DNA of 64,000 nucleotides from Sminthopsis crassicaudata (Eukaryota): contig NC_133619.1 in the NCBI RefSeq assembly GCF_048593235.1, positions 436,755,644 through 436,819,643 of the forward strand. Reading direction: 5' to 3'. The notes under the pieces are model-generated. The model ran no database searches, was not told the origin of the DNA, and worked only from the letters and a program-made list of their open reading frames with translations. Shown in pieces: positions 46,991 to 59,980 of this stretch; the first letter of the stretch is position 1, and every line of letters starts with the position of its first letter. Made by a program: the position numbers and the translations under genes.

Positions 46991-48239
46991 GTATAGGTTC
47001 ATAGGAAAAGCAAATTATTTTCCAGCATTTAATCATACAAATGATTCTTAGTTAATCACTTGAACAGTAAACCTCAATGTTCTAATAAGTGACATTTGTT
47101 TTTCTGTCATTCAATTTATTATGGTTTAGGCCAGGGCAAAAATACTATTTTTCTTAAGGGCAGAATGACTAATAGCCCACATGGTCATAGACCATTTCAA
47201 AATCAGGGTGCACAACAGGAAGGGGGAGGGTCAGTGGACATTACACTAAGAATCAAAATAGATGAGGTTTTTTTGTTTGGTTTGCTTCTTTAACTGAAAT
47301 AAATCACTTACTGAGATATTTCTCAAATGTCACATCTGTAAAATGGGATGGACAATACTTTGCAGCTTATAGAAACATTCTGTAATCTAGTATTTACTGA
47401 ATAATTTAATATTCTCACTTTGGAGGCTCAGGGAAGCTTGTTCTTTTAATAAAAGTTATTACCTAGAGAACAAATTATTCCGTTGATTTTGTAAAGAACT
47501 TACTATGTGTAATGGATAGAATACAGCTTCTTTCATTAAAAAAATCTTTATTAAGAAGTGCTCCAATTAATTAAAATGCTCTATACAAAACAAGTAAGAT
47601 ATGAAATAAAATTCCCTTTGGGAGTGACAACTGAAGAAATGGAATAGTTAGGAAAGATATGCTTTGATATACAGGTGGGTTGCATCATTGATATGAGAAC
47701 TCCCTTGAAGCTTGCAACCCATCCATGTGTGCTCCTCTTCTGCAACCCTGGTCCATGTCTGCCCATGTATTTAATGCCCATTGCTGGGAACCTTCTTTAA
47801 GATTTCTTGACATCGTGAAGAAACCAAGGGAGTATGTACTTCATTCATTAGTTATTCCTTGCTCTCACTAAGTGATTGGCTCTCCTTTTCTGGTCATACA
47901 TCTCTTGATAACATCTTTTACCATTCTTTTTATTCAACTGTCCCACCTTGTCACCATATCCCTACTATAACTCCTCATTGTTAAGGTGTGTAACCTACCT
48001 GTCCATTACCCTTTGGATGACCCACAACTTTAATCCTTTAAAAAAAACACAACAAATTCCTCATACCATATAACATTGTGGGGAAATCTGTAATGTTTAA
48101 AAGGTGGGCTTTTATATCAAGGAGAACCTGGAGATCATTAGAAGTTTTATGAAATTTCCCAAAGACAATCTGGCACTCCTTTTTCTGTTCAATTTTGAAC
48201 TAAGTTCATTGTACATTTGTAGTGTATGCCCAATAAATA

Positions 48240-48580
48240 TATAATATAAACATACATACCTATACTACATACATATAGTATGTTTTGCATATATATGTAT
48301 ACTTATACACTGTACACAAACTAATCCTTTGCATATATGTATATGTGTGCAAATATATGTGAATTTTTGTATTATATATGTATACACATAAAGTAAATGT
48401 ATATATACACATACAATGTATTTATAAATATGAATGCATGTATAGAAATACATACACAAAGAAACGCAAAAACAGTCTCTGTCCTTGAGAAACTCACAAT
48501 AGAATGGAGAAGACAAGTATGTGTGCATGTATGTATATGTGTGTATATATATACATACACTTGTAAATATACATGCTGAT
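48240..48580. repeat. TA/CA/TG low-complexity tract
   Basis: Direct reading. Confidence 0.85.
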
Positions 48581-49644
48581 GTACTAATTCTATGAGCTGT
48601 CTAAAGAGAGACATTTAAACAAAAGTCTAAGTAGTAGATATAGGACTAGACTGTGAATAAGTAAATGAGTGAAATGACCAACTATGTTACATCTGATTGA
48701 CCTTATGAGCAAATGATCGCCTATATAGTATTATGTCAGTGGTACCAGGCAGATCCACCCTGCCCCTAAACAGAGCCAGAGGACATGGCTTCCAATCCCA
48801 AGTGACTCCTGCTACTTACTTTTGTGGCCTGTGACAAGTCCCTTTCTTGCTTTGGATTTCAATTTTCTCAACCATAAATTATATTTAAGCCAGAGGAATT
48901 TCAAGGTCCCTTCTACTTCTAAACTCTATGACTCTGACTCAAATCTCACTATTAAGGATCACATTTCCTCCCTGTGGTTTTAGCTGAACAGAGAATTTGT
49001 CCCCAGTTAAATGTCAAAATTCCCTGGGAGAGAGAGAACACTGAAATCTTTTGTTATTACATGTCAAATGAAAATGAATTCCAGATTATTTCTTGAGAGC
49101 AGATTTTGATAGGGAGGAATATGGAAAGAACATGGAGTCACTGGGTGGCTTGGGGAAGGAGGGAACATTAGTATTATTGAGGAAATAAAGAATCCAGCAA
49201 GGGAGGATGAGATAGATAAGAACAAAATTCATTTATTTAATAGTTCTGCCTTCATAGTTTGCTTTGAGGTCCTGTCCTAAACTAAATCTCCAAACATTTG
49301 ACACAGTGCCTAAAATCCTACCATTCTGCCAAGATTAACTTTTTTTCTGAGTCTTATGAGCTTTTTAGTCTCCAGGAGTTTTTTATTAAAGACAAATATC
49401 ACAGGAAGGTTCATAAGTTAGCTACCACTCAGCCAAAAAAAGGGCTCTTACCTCGGGTCCACAGACCTCCAAGGAATCCATGAATAGATTTCAGAGGATT
49501 TATGAGCTTGAATGGGGGATAAATTATATATTTATTTTCACTAACATCTAACTGAAATTAACTATTTCCTTCAGTTATGAATATAACCAACAAACTAATA
49601 TTCTGAGAAGAGATTTGCAAGTTTCACTAGATTAAAAAAAATTA

Positions 49645-49890
49645 AGAATATGTTGTTCAGCCAATAAGTCATGTCCAGCTTTTCCTGGCCCTGTCGACCA
49701 TACTGTCTGTAAGGTTTTCTTGATAAAATTATCAGAGTGGTTTGCCATTTCCTTCTCCAGAAGACTAAGGCAAACATACCCTAAGTGGTTCTCCCAGAGT
49801 CAAACAGCTAGTAAGTAGCTAAGCCCATATTTGAACTCAGGTCCTCCTAATTCCAGGCTAGTGCCTTATTCAGTCTGCCATCTAACTGCC
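49645..49890 (-). mobile_element. MAR1 SINE
   Basis: gagtggtttgccatttccttctccag...atttgaactcaggtcctcctaattccagg. Confidence 0.8.
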
Positions 49891-50834
49891 CCTGACCTGG
49901 ATGCACTGAAAGCAATGCTTCTTGTCTAGGATTATAAACTCATCCTCACATGGTAGTAGAAAGATGGGCATCAAATATGTGGAAATCAGAGAGTGCTGAA
50001 GATATATTTCCATGCTTTTCAATCTTCCTGGGGTCAACCCTGTTATTTCATAAAGTATAATCTAACTCAGTGAACAATAAATGCCCACTAGGGACAATGT
50101 ACAATGCCTGATACAAAGTATCATGTGGTTTCATCTGCTCATACAGGTAGTAGTCCATCCATGCCTTTTGATCCCATGCCAGTGATTTCCATGCCTTCAG
50201 GTTTATCCTCTATGAAGGACTTATCTTTAGAAAAGAATCCTTAGAAAAGGAAAGCTCAGTATGAGCTTTTCTTCTGCCAAAGAGGCCATGATATAGACAC
50301 AAATATCAGTCAATAAACAATTATTAAGTGCGTACTGTGTACACATTAGCAGAGGTATTATGCTAAGTGTAGGGGATACAAAAAGGCAAAAAACCCTCCA
50401 ATCTCTGCCCTTGAAAAGTTCACCAGACAATATGCCTTTGATGTTCTTGTACACTCTTTGCTTTTTCAAGTATAACGGACATATGATATTTGTTTCACCA
50501 AAATGTAGACTTTTTCCTTTATGAAACATACTCACCAATTTTGTTTGCCTGTGAGAGGAAGGATGAACAAAGCATAATTAGAAGAAGAGCTCCTTTTAGA
50601 TAAATGAGAAGATTCTCCAAATGCTTCTGTTTATGGTTAAATCTTCCCAGAGACCATCAAATGAGGGGCAGAATAACTCAAAAGAAGTTGTCCCAATAAT
50701 TCCTATAATCGTTCATTAAATCAATAGTAGGTGAATAACTGTTATATGCAAGGCTATAAAACTAATGAGATGAAATAGGACCAAAACTCTGTTCTCGATG
50801 GGTTTATTGTTTATAAAAGGGAATATGCCATAAT

Positions 50835-51035
50835 AAATGGGAGAATATGGCACAGTGAGTAGAGTACTGGGCCTGGAGTCAAGAAGACTCATTTTTCTGA
50901 GTTCAGTTCTGGCCTCAGACACTTACTGGACCCTGGGCAATCACTTCTTTATCTCTAAAATAATCTGGAAAAGGAAATTGTAAACCCCATAAAAAGGGTC
51001 CAAAGCATTTGACATGATTGAAATGATTGAATAGC
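50835..51035 (+). mobile_element. MAR1 SINE
   Basis: ggcacagtgagtagagtactgggcctggagtcaagaagac...ctggaaaaggaaattgtaaacc. Confidence 0.75.
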
Positions 51036-51741
51036 AAGAATATTCATGACACTGAAAGGCACTTTGGGGGAAAACCAAAGAAGTTCAAGGCATAAAAGGG
51101 ATACAGGGGAGTTCTTTCTCTCAGGAGTTTATAATCTAGCTGAGAAAAGATATCATCATGGATAATTAAATAACAATTCATGATGATATTTTGTTAAGAA
51201 TTGGAAAGCCTGATCCAAGCATGTGCTTTGTGAATTCAGAGAAGGACAAGATCAGTGTCAGCTGGAGAGAATATAGTAGAAGCAGGGCCTTGAAGTTGAC
51301 CTTGATGCATGGAAAGAATTCAGATGAATTGCAGTGGAAGGAGAGGGGGCACAAATCCCAGAAAAAGAAAGGTGAATGACATGTTGGGGAAACTGTCTAT
51401 CTGAGCCAAGATTAATATTGGGAAGGAACATTCTTGTATTATTAGAAAGAGAACTGAAATGTTGGAAGAGATGAGTGGGGAATCTTGAGAGATCAGAGAG
51501 GGCATAGTATTATACCAAGTATTCTAAAAGGTAAAATCTATTGACATCATTGTTGTTCTCCACTAAGATTTCTCAAGTACCAATATGCAGTGACGCCAAA
51601 CAATTAGAGGGGCAAAGTGTGTTATTTACATTTAACTTACATGTTGTGATCTACACTAAGCATGTAACATGTTTTAAAGAAATTTCTAAGTTACCCTTTA
51701 ATGTGGTTATTTGTTGGATTTTTTTTCTTTTCTATACTTTC

Positions 51742-51749
51742 ATATATAC

Positions 51750-51795
<46 letters not shown>

Positions 51796-51812
51796 GTATA
51801 TATATATATATA
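51742..51812. repeat. (TA)n microsatellite with interruptions
   Basis: Direct reading. Confidence 0.9.
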
Positions 51813-51829
51813 AAAGCTTTCATCTTCAT

Positions 51830-53400
51830 CTCCTTTGGGGAACTATAAGAAGGAATTCATGGCTATAACTGGACCAGATTTGTGTCTACCATCTCCTTGG
51901 TCACCATTTCTGCTCTCACTCCCCCACACAACCTGCCTGTGGCCCATCACCCACATTGTGTTTGCTCTCTGGTTACCGAAACTAACTGGCAAGGTGAATG
52001 TTTGGTTTCGATTTAGCAAATTGAAGCCTGCCAATATGGATAGAGATGTCTTTTTTTAGACTCCTTCACCCAGGAAAACCCAAGTCAAGAAGGTGACAGG
52101 GTCTAAAGTCAGCATTGTTGCAGATGGGGAAAAAATGAAGGGAATGGATTCTAATCTAATTGTAAATGTATTGGATTTTTTTCAAAGTGAATTCAGAAAA
52201 TGCTCATCACTCCATGCAGGGAATACCATATAGAATCACAAAGCAGTGCTACAAGACCTAGTGACAGCAGTATATTTTTACATCCCAATGCACAAAGAAA
52301 AGGCAATAAAAAATCTGTTGGATGAAAAAAAATGGAAAGGAATAATTTAGAAGGATTTTTAAGTCAGAAAAATAACATTTGACACATGAGTGAGAGAAAT
52401 CACCACGTCATGCTCATGGCAAGCACAGATGGTACTTTGTCACTTAATGGTCTTACATTGACCCATCAGAAAAGGAGGATTTTCCAAGTGGGCCTGAATT
52501 TTTACAGCCAAACATGTGTTGAATTTCTGGTTAATTTCCCCTTCTGTTACTACTTTTCATTGTCCTTTGTCTGTTGGGATGTTGTTCCTTCACTTTTCCT
52601 TCTAATCCCAATCTGCTTCATCTGGTTTCCAAATTGCTTACTCTCCTCCACAACCACCCCCATCCCAACACCCTTTTAAAAGTAATAAGCCACCTGGGTT
52701 CAATACTAGTTAGGCACCAAGCCCCATTTTTAAAAAAAATCAAATGTCAAAATAAATAATCAGGTAAGTATTTGGTATAATTAATTGACTTGGTGATTCT
52801 TTATGATTTTCTCTAGACATTCCAAGGGAAATCCCTCTTTAGAATCTGCTTTTGGATGGCCACGCTGATGTATGGCTCATTCTGCCCTTTGTAAGATTTT
52901 CTTACAAGCCTGCAGCACCATCCACTTGCAGCAGCCCCAGCACGACCAGGAGAATCACTAGTGATGTTCTGTAAATGCCAGCCAAAATCTATCTGCAAGA
53001 ACATCTGCTCAACAGTGCAAAACTGATGTAATTACCAACCATCATCTTTTATCCTCCTGCTGGGGCAACTGCTCCAAAGCATGACTTTTTGCCCTGAGCT
53101 AACAAGATCCAGAAACTCACTGTTATGTACAAAACCTGCCACTGAAAAACTCATGTAGCTTCAACACAAATTAGAACACAGCCTCTCAAGTACAAGGGTA
53201 ACAAATATCCCAGTGCCATAGGGTCTCCTGGAATCCTTCTCAAACCCCCATGTGTCTTTTCTCTCTCACTGTTCCAACCTCACCCCCGCCCCCTTCCCAA
53301 CAGCTTGTTTTGCCTTCAGCATGAACTGTCTTTGGAATACTATGTTATGAGAGGAAAAATAAAATCTGTTTCTACTAGGATATCAATGGCACTATTTAAT
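51830..53400. promoter_or_regulatory. Cluster of unique CNE-like blocks
   Basis: About 1.5 kb without recognisable repeats; CCACGTCA at 52403, GGGAAATCCC at 52826, GC box at about 53283. Confidence 0.4.
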
Positions 53401-53669
53401 GGGAAACTATTAAAATAAATAATGAAATGTTGAAAGATTACATTATAATCAAAGTTTATGAATAAAGCCTGGCAATTGGGAATTTTCAAGTTCACTCAGC
53501 ATTATATCGGGTGAATTTAAGTATGTCACTTCAATTTGGGGGTTTCAATTTATGATTCAATGCAGTAGAGCTAATGATTCTAAACTACAGAATATAAAAT
53601 ACATAAAAGTTTAAAAAAAACAAAAAAAAAATTTTAAAGTGCTATATTAGTTAGATACAGATATAGATT

Positions 53670-53878
53670 TTTTTTTATTAATCATTTTCCATTCATGTCT
53701 CATTTTGGAGTTTTCTTGGGAAAAAAAAACACTAGATGTTTACCATCTTCTCCAGCTTACTTTACAGTTGAAGAACTGAGGCAAACATGGTAAAGTGACT
53801 TGCCCAGGATCACAACAGCTGAAGCCAGATTTGAACTCAGGAAAGAGAATCTTACTGGTTCTAACTGAGCACGTTAGC
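53670..53878 (-). mobile_element. MAR1 SINE
   Basis: ttcttgggaaaaaaaaacactagatgtttaccatcttctccagc...gaactgaggcaaacatgg. Confidence 0.7.
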
Positions 53879-53880
53879 TG

Positions 53881-53881
<1 letters not shown>

Positions 53882-53925
<44 letters not shown>
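53882..53925 (+). repeat. Perfect (CA)22 microsatellite
   Basis: Direct reading. Confidence 0.95.
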
Positions 53926-53929
<4 letters not shown>

Positions 53930-54744
53930 ATGTCCCAAAACTATTAGTGAAACTTTACACTTGAATAATTTCGTAAGTATAAATGCTACAAATATAAAAA
54001 TGCCATTGGAAAGTTTTGTTATTTAAATTTTTTATGCTTATTTAACTTGGAGAATTTTGATTTTTAGTTTTAATTTTAATAAGATGGGACACCTTATTAT
54101 TATGCATTATGTGTGACAGTTTCTGGGTGACATTTTGTCAGACATCTGGATCGGTACAGGAAGTTTACTTGTTTATCTCCCTTGCCCACCTCTATCTCCA
54201 GAAGATATTTTTCTTTTGAGGTCACATCAAATTTGCTGTGTATATATGCATTAAAACTCATTCTTTGGATATCTTAAGGCAAAGATTATAAATGAAATCC
54301 TTTCAGTCACTGAGAAGCAGCTGATTAAAGCAGATTAGAGTGATATATAATGCAAAATGATAGCCATGTTGAATTTTCCTAATATCAATGTTTGCCTTAG
54401 TTACATCATCTGTGAAATGGAATAATAATAGCACCTATCTCCCAGTTGTGAGAATTAAATGAAATAATAATTATACAATGCTTAGCATAGCACCTAGCAT
54501 ATACGAAGAGCCATCTAAACATTATCTATTGTTATTATTAGCTATTACCCTATCTATGTATGAATTTATACATATACAACATATATATGTATATATGCAC
54601 ATGTGAATGTATAAGTATGTATAATATGTATGTGCATTTTTGTGGATGTGTATATTATTTGTTAAAAATGCTGTACTAGTAGTCATTAGTAGTCACTAAA
54701 ATCTAGTCTACATTCTCTAATTTGCCATAAGAGTGAAAAGTAGT

Positions 54745-54920
54745 CCAAGAGTGGTACTTCTGGTGTCAAGGATCTTGAGTTCAAATCTTGCCTCTGATGT
54801 CTATTACCTGTGTGACACTGAGCAAGTGACAACCTCTCTGTGTCTCCGTCTCCTCATCTGAAAATGAGAGGCTTAAACTAGATGGTCTTTGAAATCCCTT
54901 CCAGCTCTAATTATGATTCC
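54745..54920 (+). mobile_element. MIR
   Basis: cttgagttcaaatcttgcctctg...cctcatctgaaaatgagagg. Confidence 0.8.
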
Positions 54921-55504
54921 TAGACCTTAGGCAAGTCATAGAACTCAGAAAACTGAATGTGGGTGTGTCTTCATGTATAACGTGAAGGAAAACACTAAAT
55001 CAGAATTTTCAAACTCAAATAGAAAGGGCAGGGGAATAAAGTTATAATAAGGATCCCTGTGGACCACATATTGACTTAGAAAACCACTTATTAATTCTAT
55101 CTGTATTTTATTGTATTTTTATTTATTTTGTCAAATAGTTCCCAATTAGATTTTAATCTGGTAACTGCCTTGCTTGGGAGTATTGCAGCCCAAGGGCATG
55201 TGTGATACACCTGGATTAGGTCTATAACATTCCATAGTTCTAGGTTTGTTTTACTAACCATAATAAGGGCAAGTTGCCCTGAATGGAAATTTTTGATAGT
55301 AATTTTACTTACCCACAATGCCCTGGTGAAGGAGTAGCTATATATTAGGGAAATTCTATAATTTCAGAAGAACAGGAGAGCTGTTTTCTATGAAATACCA
55401 CAGTGAAGACTTGGAAAAAAAAAAAGAAGAAAAGAAAAGAGGAATTATACAGAAAGGAAATGAAAAGGGAAAATAAATAAATAAAAGTTGCTATAGCATT
55501 GGAC

Positions 55505-55745
55505 AGAACAACTAGGTGGCCTAGTGGATAGAGTCCCAGGTCAGGGAGACTCATCAAATCTGGCCTCCAGCACTTAAAAACTGTGTGACTGTGGACAAGT
55601 CACTAACCCCTGTTTGCCTCAGTTCCTCATCTGTAAAATGAACAGGAGTAGGAAATGATAAACCACTCCAGGATCTTTTGCCAAGAAAACTCCAAAATGA
55701 AGTCACAGAGAGTTGGACTTGACTGAAAGAGGACTAAACAACTAT
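55505..55745 (+). mobile_element. MAR1 SINE, near full length
   Basis: caactaggtggcctagtggatagag...cctcagttcctcatctgtaaaatga...ccaagaaaactccaaa. Confidence 0.85.
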
Positions 55746-56639
55746 AACATAGCAATGAAGCCACGGTTTTTGGGGAATTGGAGGATTAGGGATTGCTCTT
55801 CAGGGGACAGAAGTGCCAGAGTATTCTTGAGATCCATCAGGATCCCAATGATCTCAGAACACAGACAAGAGTCACCAGAGAGCTTCATATTTTCTTTGGT
55901 TCAGCAATTCTCTGGTCCACTTAGAAAGATTTCATGAAACATGACATTCAATGCTAAGTTTTATCAAAGGGATCATTATTTCTAAAAGTGACTATGTCTC
56001 TCTACAATTGTAGCTAAACCTGGAACTAAAAGGGACCTCAAAAATCATCTGGTCCAGTACTCTCTTTTTGGAAGATGAGGAATCTGAGACTTGGTGACTC
56101 TCCCAAAGTCAAGTGGACAGTAAGTTTTGGAGCTGGGATGAATTGGACGTGTTGTCACAGTAGCCAGGTTCCACTCAATCTTTTGAATGTATTTATTTGT
56201 CCTTAGATTTACTTTTTTTTTTCAATAAACATGTCATATGAATTACTTATTAAATTTCAACACTGGCATCAAGGAAATTGTTGACATTCAAAAATACAAA
56301 TCACCCTTATTGAAGTACAGTAATGCTTCAAGAACATTGTCAATCAAAAATCAAGGGAGTAAATAGACTTAGAGGGCCATTCATATTCAACATGCAGGCT
56401 TAATAGGCAACTGATTGAATTGCCACTCTTTAGATATGAAACTTGATACAGATTTATATTTGCAAATCATAAACTCATCTGCATTCTTATGATGAGCTCA
56501 TCATCTGTTTTTGGTGTAGCTTCTGAACTTTTGCTTCTTGCTTGACTACATAGATTTTTTCCAAGGATTATAGTCTATGATGGAAGGACAAACTGGACTC
56601 AAACTATAAAAGAAACATATTGCTACCAAAATAATCCTA

Positions 56640-56960
56640 CAAACTTTTAGTAAGCTCCTTTGTTTGGCTTTCCAAGACCTTGACAATGTGGCTCATTCTG
56701 CTTTTCCCATCTTCTTGAATATTATTCTCTTCTATTCTATATTTCAATCTACTTGTTATTCTGCTCTCCCATTTCTGTGCTTTTGCAAAGACTCTATCCC
56801 CAAACTCAGAATATATTTCCTTCACAGAACACCTTTTGTTGTCAATGTCTCTTTCACAAGAAAGTACTTGGTATATATTTTCCATTTACTTATACATGTT
56901 CAGTACTTGATATTCCCTTAATAGAAAATAGGTTCCTTGAACATCTATTTTATCTTTGTA
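56640..56960 (+). mobile_element. L2 3' region
   Basis: ctcctttgtttggctttccaagacctt...tgtcaatgtctctttc. Confidence 0.6.
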
Positions 56961-57479
56961 ATCCTAACTAATCACTCTCTTCATTTCTGTAAAATTATTC
57001 AAACTAAATACTGGATTGGACCAGGAATGAGTCTCAAAAGCAATCTAATACAAACTCTCATTTTATAACTGAGGAAACTAAGGCACAGGGAAGTTAAATG
57101 ACTTAGCCAGACTTCTTTACACAGTAAATAAATGTCTGAGCCAGCACTTGAACCCACAGATCCCTGCACCAAGTGACATGGCCACCCTGCCTCTCATCCC
57201 CACACACTCAGTTTCAATCTACTTTGCCACCTGTGTCACCTATCTCTCCCAACTCTCACCTATGGCTCCAACACATAGCCACACCTCAGTTAGTGCGTTG
57301 GGAAGAGGTCTGTCCCAAGCATGGGAAGACTTCCTCCAGCAGCATGGTTCGATGAGAGTTATTTGTTCAAACAATCATCAAAGTGGATGAAGCAGGCTCC
57401 ATGAAGCACTTAGAACCTGATCAGACATCAAAGACACCAAAGTCATCCATTATATCCCAGGCCATGGTCAGTCATTTTA

Positions 57480-59095
57480 ATTTTTTGTTTTTTCTTTTTA
57501 ATTTTTATGAATTCATAATTTTATCATAATCAAATAATCAAAAGTCAAAATTTTGAATTTAAATACAAAAAGACAAAAAGGTTTCCATGTGTACAACACG
57601 ACATAAAAAGATAATTCAATATAAAAATATGAATTTCCATTTCACATTGTTTATTTTTAAAACATAATAAGTACTTCACATTGTTTTCAAAGCTACCCTG
57701 CTTTTGTGTTTCCTTCTAAGTTTTCTTTTTGTTCTCTGTTGCACACTTTTTTTTCTTTCCTTGTTCCCCACCCCATCCTAAAGGAGATGATTAGAAACAA
57801 AAATCTTTTTATATATATAGATAGAGATAGATATGCATATCTATACATACACACATACATATATATATATAAATATAAATTTAAATCCATCCCATAAATA
57901 TCTCTATTTATCAGCTATTTCTTTGGATATAGATAGCATCTTCCTTCAAAGGTCCTTTGTAGTTGGTTTGAATATTTACTATAATCAAAATGACTTAGTC
58001 ATTTAAAGTTGTTCTTAGAGCAATATTGCTACTGTTGTTTACAACGTTCTCTTGGATCTGCTAATTTCACTCTTCATTATTTCCTAATTATTTTAAAAAT
58101 ATGTCTTTCATTTTTTTTGTAAAAATCAACCAATTCATCATTTCTTATAGCACAGTGCTATTCCATCCCAGTCGTATACCACAACTTGTTTAGTCATTCC
58201 ACAATTAATGGACATCTTCTTAATTCCCAGTTCTTTGCCACCACAAAGAGAACAGCAATTAAGATTTTAGAAAAGATAAGCTCAATCCAATTCCAATTGA
58301 TCAGTGATGGACAGAATCAGCTACATCCAGAAAAGGAACACTGGGAAATGAGTGTAAACTGTGAGCATTGTTTTTTTGTTTTGTTTTGTTTTGTTTTTCT
58401 TCCCAGATTATTTTTACCTTCCGAATACAATCCTTCCTTTGCAACAACAACAACAACAAAATTCGGTTCTGCACATATCTATTGTACCTAGGATATACTA
58501 TAAGATATTTAATATGTATGGGAATGCCTGCCATCTAGGGGAGGGGGTGGAGGGAAGGAGGGGAAAAATTCAGAACAGAAGGGAGTACAAGGGATAATGT
58601 TGTAAAAAAAAAATTACCTATGCATATGTACTGTCAAAGACAATGTTATAATTATAAAAATTTTAAAAATAAATTAATTAATTAATTTTTTAAAAAAAGA
58701 ACAGATAAGCTCTTCTCCTTTTCCCTAATCACCTTGAGAAATACAGCTAATAGTGGTAATACTAGGTCAAAGGGTATACACAGTATAAAACACTGCACAT
58801 ACACAATATAAAACAAAATAACATTTTCAGCATAATTCCAGATGCTCTCTAAAATGGTGGAAACCGTTCACAGTTCCACCAAGAGTGAATTAGTGTCCCA
58901 ATTTTTTCAGTTCTTCAACATTTGTCACTTTTCCCTTCTATAATTTTTGCCAATCTGATAAATAGATATAAAATGATATCTCAAAGTTGTTTCAATTTGC
59001 ATTTATCTGAACAATAGTGCTTTAAGGATATTTTTAATATGACTATACATATATTTATTTTTTTCATTGGAACATTGCCTATTCATATCCTTTAA
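57480..59095 (-). mobile_element. Older antisense L1 inserted in the RTE-SINE
   Basis: T-rich start, tcagctatttctttggatatagatagcatc, ctcaaagttgtttcaatttgcattt. Confidence 0.75.
58284..58697 (+). mobile_element. Young 5'-truncated L1 with a 15-bp TSD
   Basis: TSD agaaaagataagctc (58269-58283) and agaacagataagctc (58698-58712); same subfamily as 32473-33000. Confidence 0.9.
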
Positions 59096-59829
59096 CCTCA
59101 TCCTGATTTTTGTCTTGCTACTGAACTTTGATGACTCTAGAATACAGAGTGAAGCTGATGATTTTGAACAACTCTGCCTCACTTAAATCCAATTCATATC
59201 CACGTCAAGACATCACCCATGATGTCATAGTTCTTTGAAAACAAAGGAAAAACAACTTTGCTGCTATTACAGAAGAAAATCATTGTAACACAGCTTCATT
59301 GGTAAATGGGAGTGGGAGTATACATGAGGCACTTAGAGCTTGATCAGACATCAAAGACACTAAGGTCACCCATTGCATCCCAAGCCATTGTCAGTCATCT
59401 TGACTTTAAAGACAAAAAGACAAAAAAAGTTTTCATGTGCACAATATAACATAAAAGAGATTTAAATTCAATCTATCTTAATATCTTCTTCATGACTTTA
59501 TTAAGTCTTGACAATCAACAAAACAATAAATCAAGTTCTGGTTTTATAGCATCTACTATTTGATGTGTAAATGCTCACATCAAAAATGTAATTTATTCTA
59601 GCTAGTTAGAGCTGGCTCCAGCACACCTCTAGTCCTAATCCATCTAACCTACCAACATCAGAAAACTATCTTGATGCTTTCTTTTAGCCCAGGGGATAAT
59701 TCACAATCACCTGCCACTCTGAATCTCCCTAAACTGATAAACAGCTCCTGGCCTCTTCAATGTCTATCATCGAAAAGTGATGGCAGGGGATAGACAAAGA
59801 GAACTAATATAAGTTATCCCCTGAAATTA

Positions 59830-59980
59830 CTGTGAAAATGAGGAGACTGGCATGGAGGTTTGTAGGTGACAAAGAAAAAGATTAAGGGAAAGGTGATACA
59901 GCCATATTATATGGACCTAAAAAGATGAAAGGCCACTGAAGACTGGTATTAGAGGAATGATCTGGAAATGATCCTAAGGG
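59830..59980 (+). mobile_element. Possible RTE-clade LINE 3' fragment
   Basis: Degenerate resemblance only (gatacagccatattatatggacc...gaaaggccactg). Confidence 0.35.

Larger units (their letters stand above)
57165..59260 (+). mobile_element. RTE-related SINE split by nested L1s (SINE halves at 57165-57478 and 59098-59260)
   Basis: The halves join colinearly when compared with the 29.4-29.9 kb copy. Confidence 0.7.
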
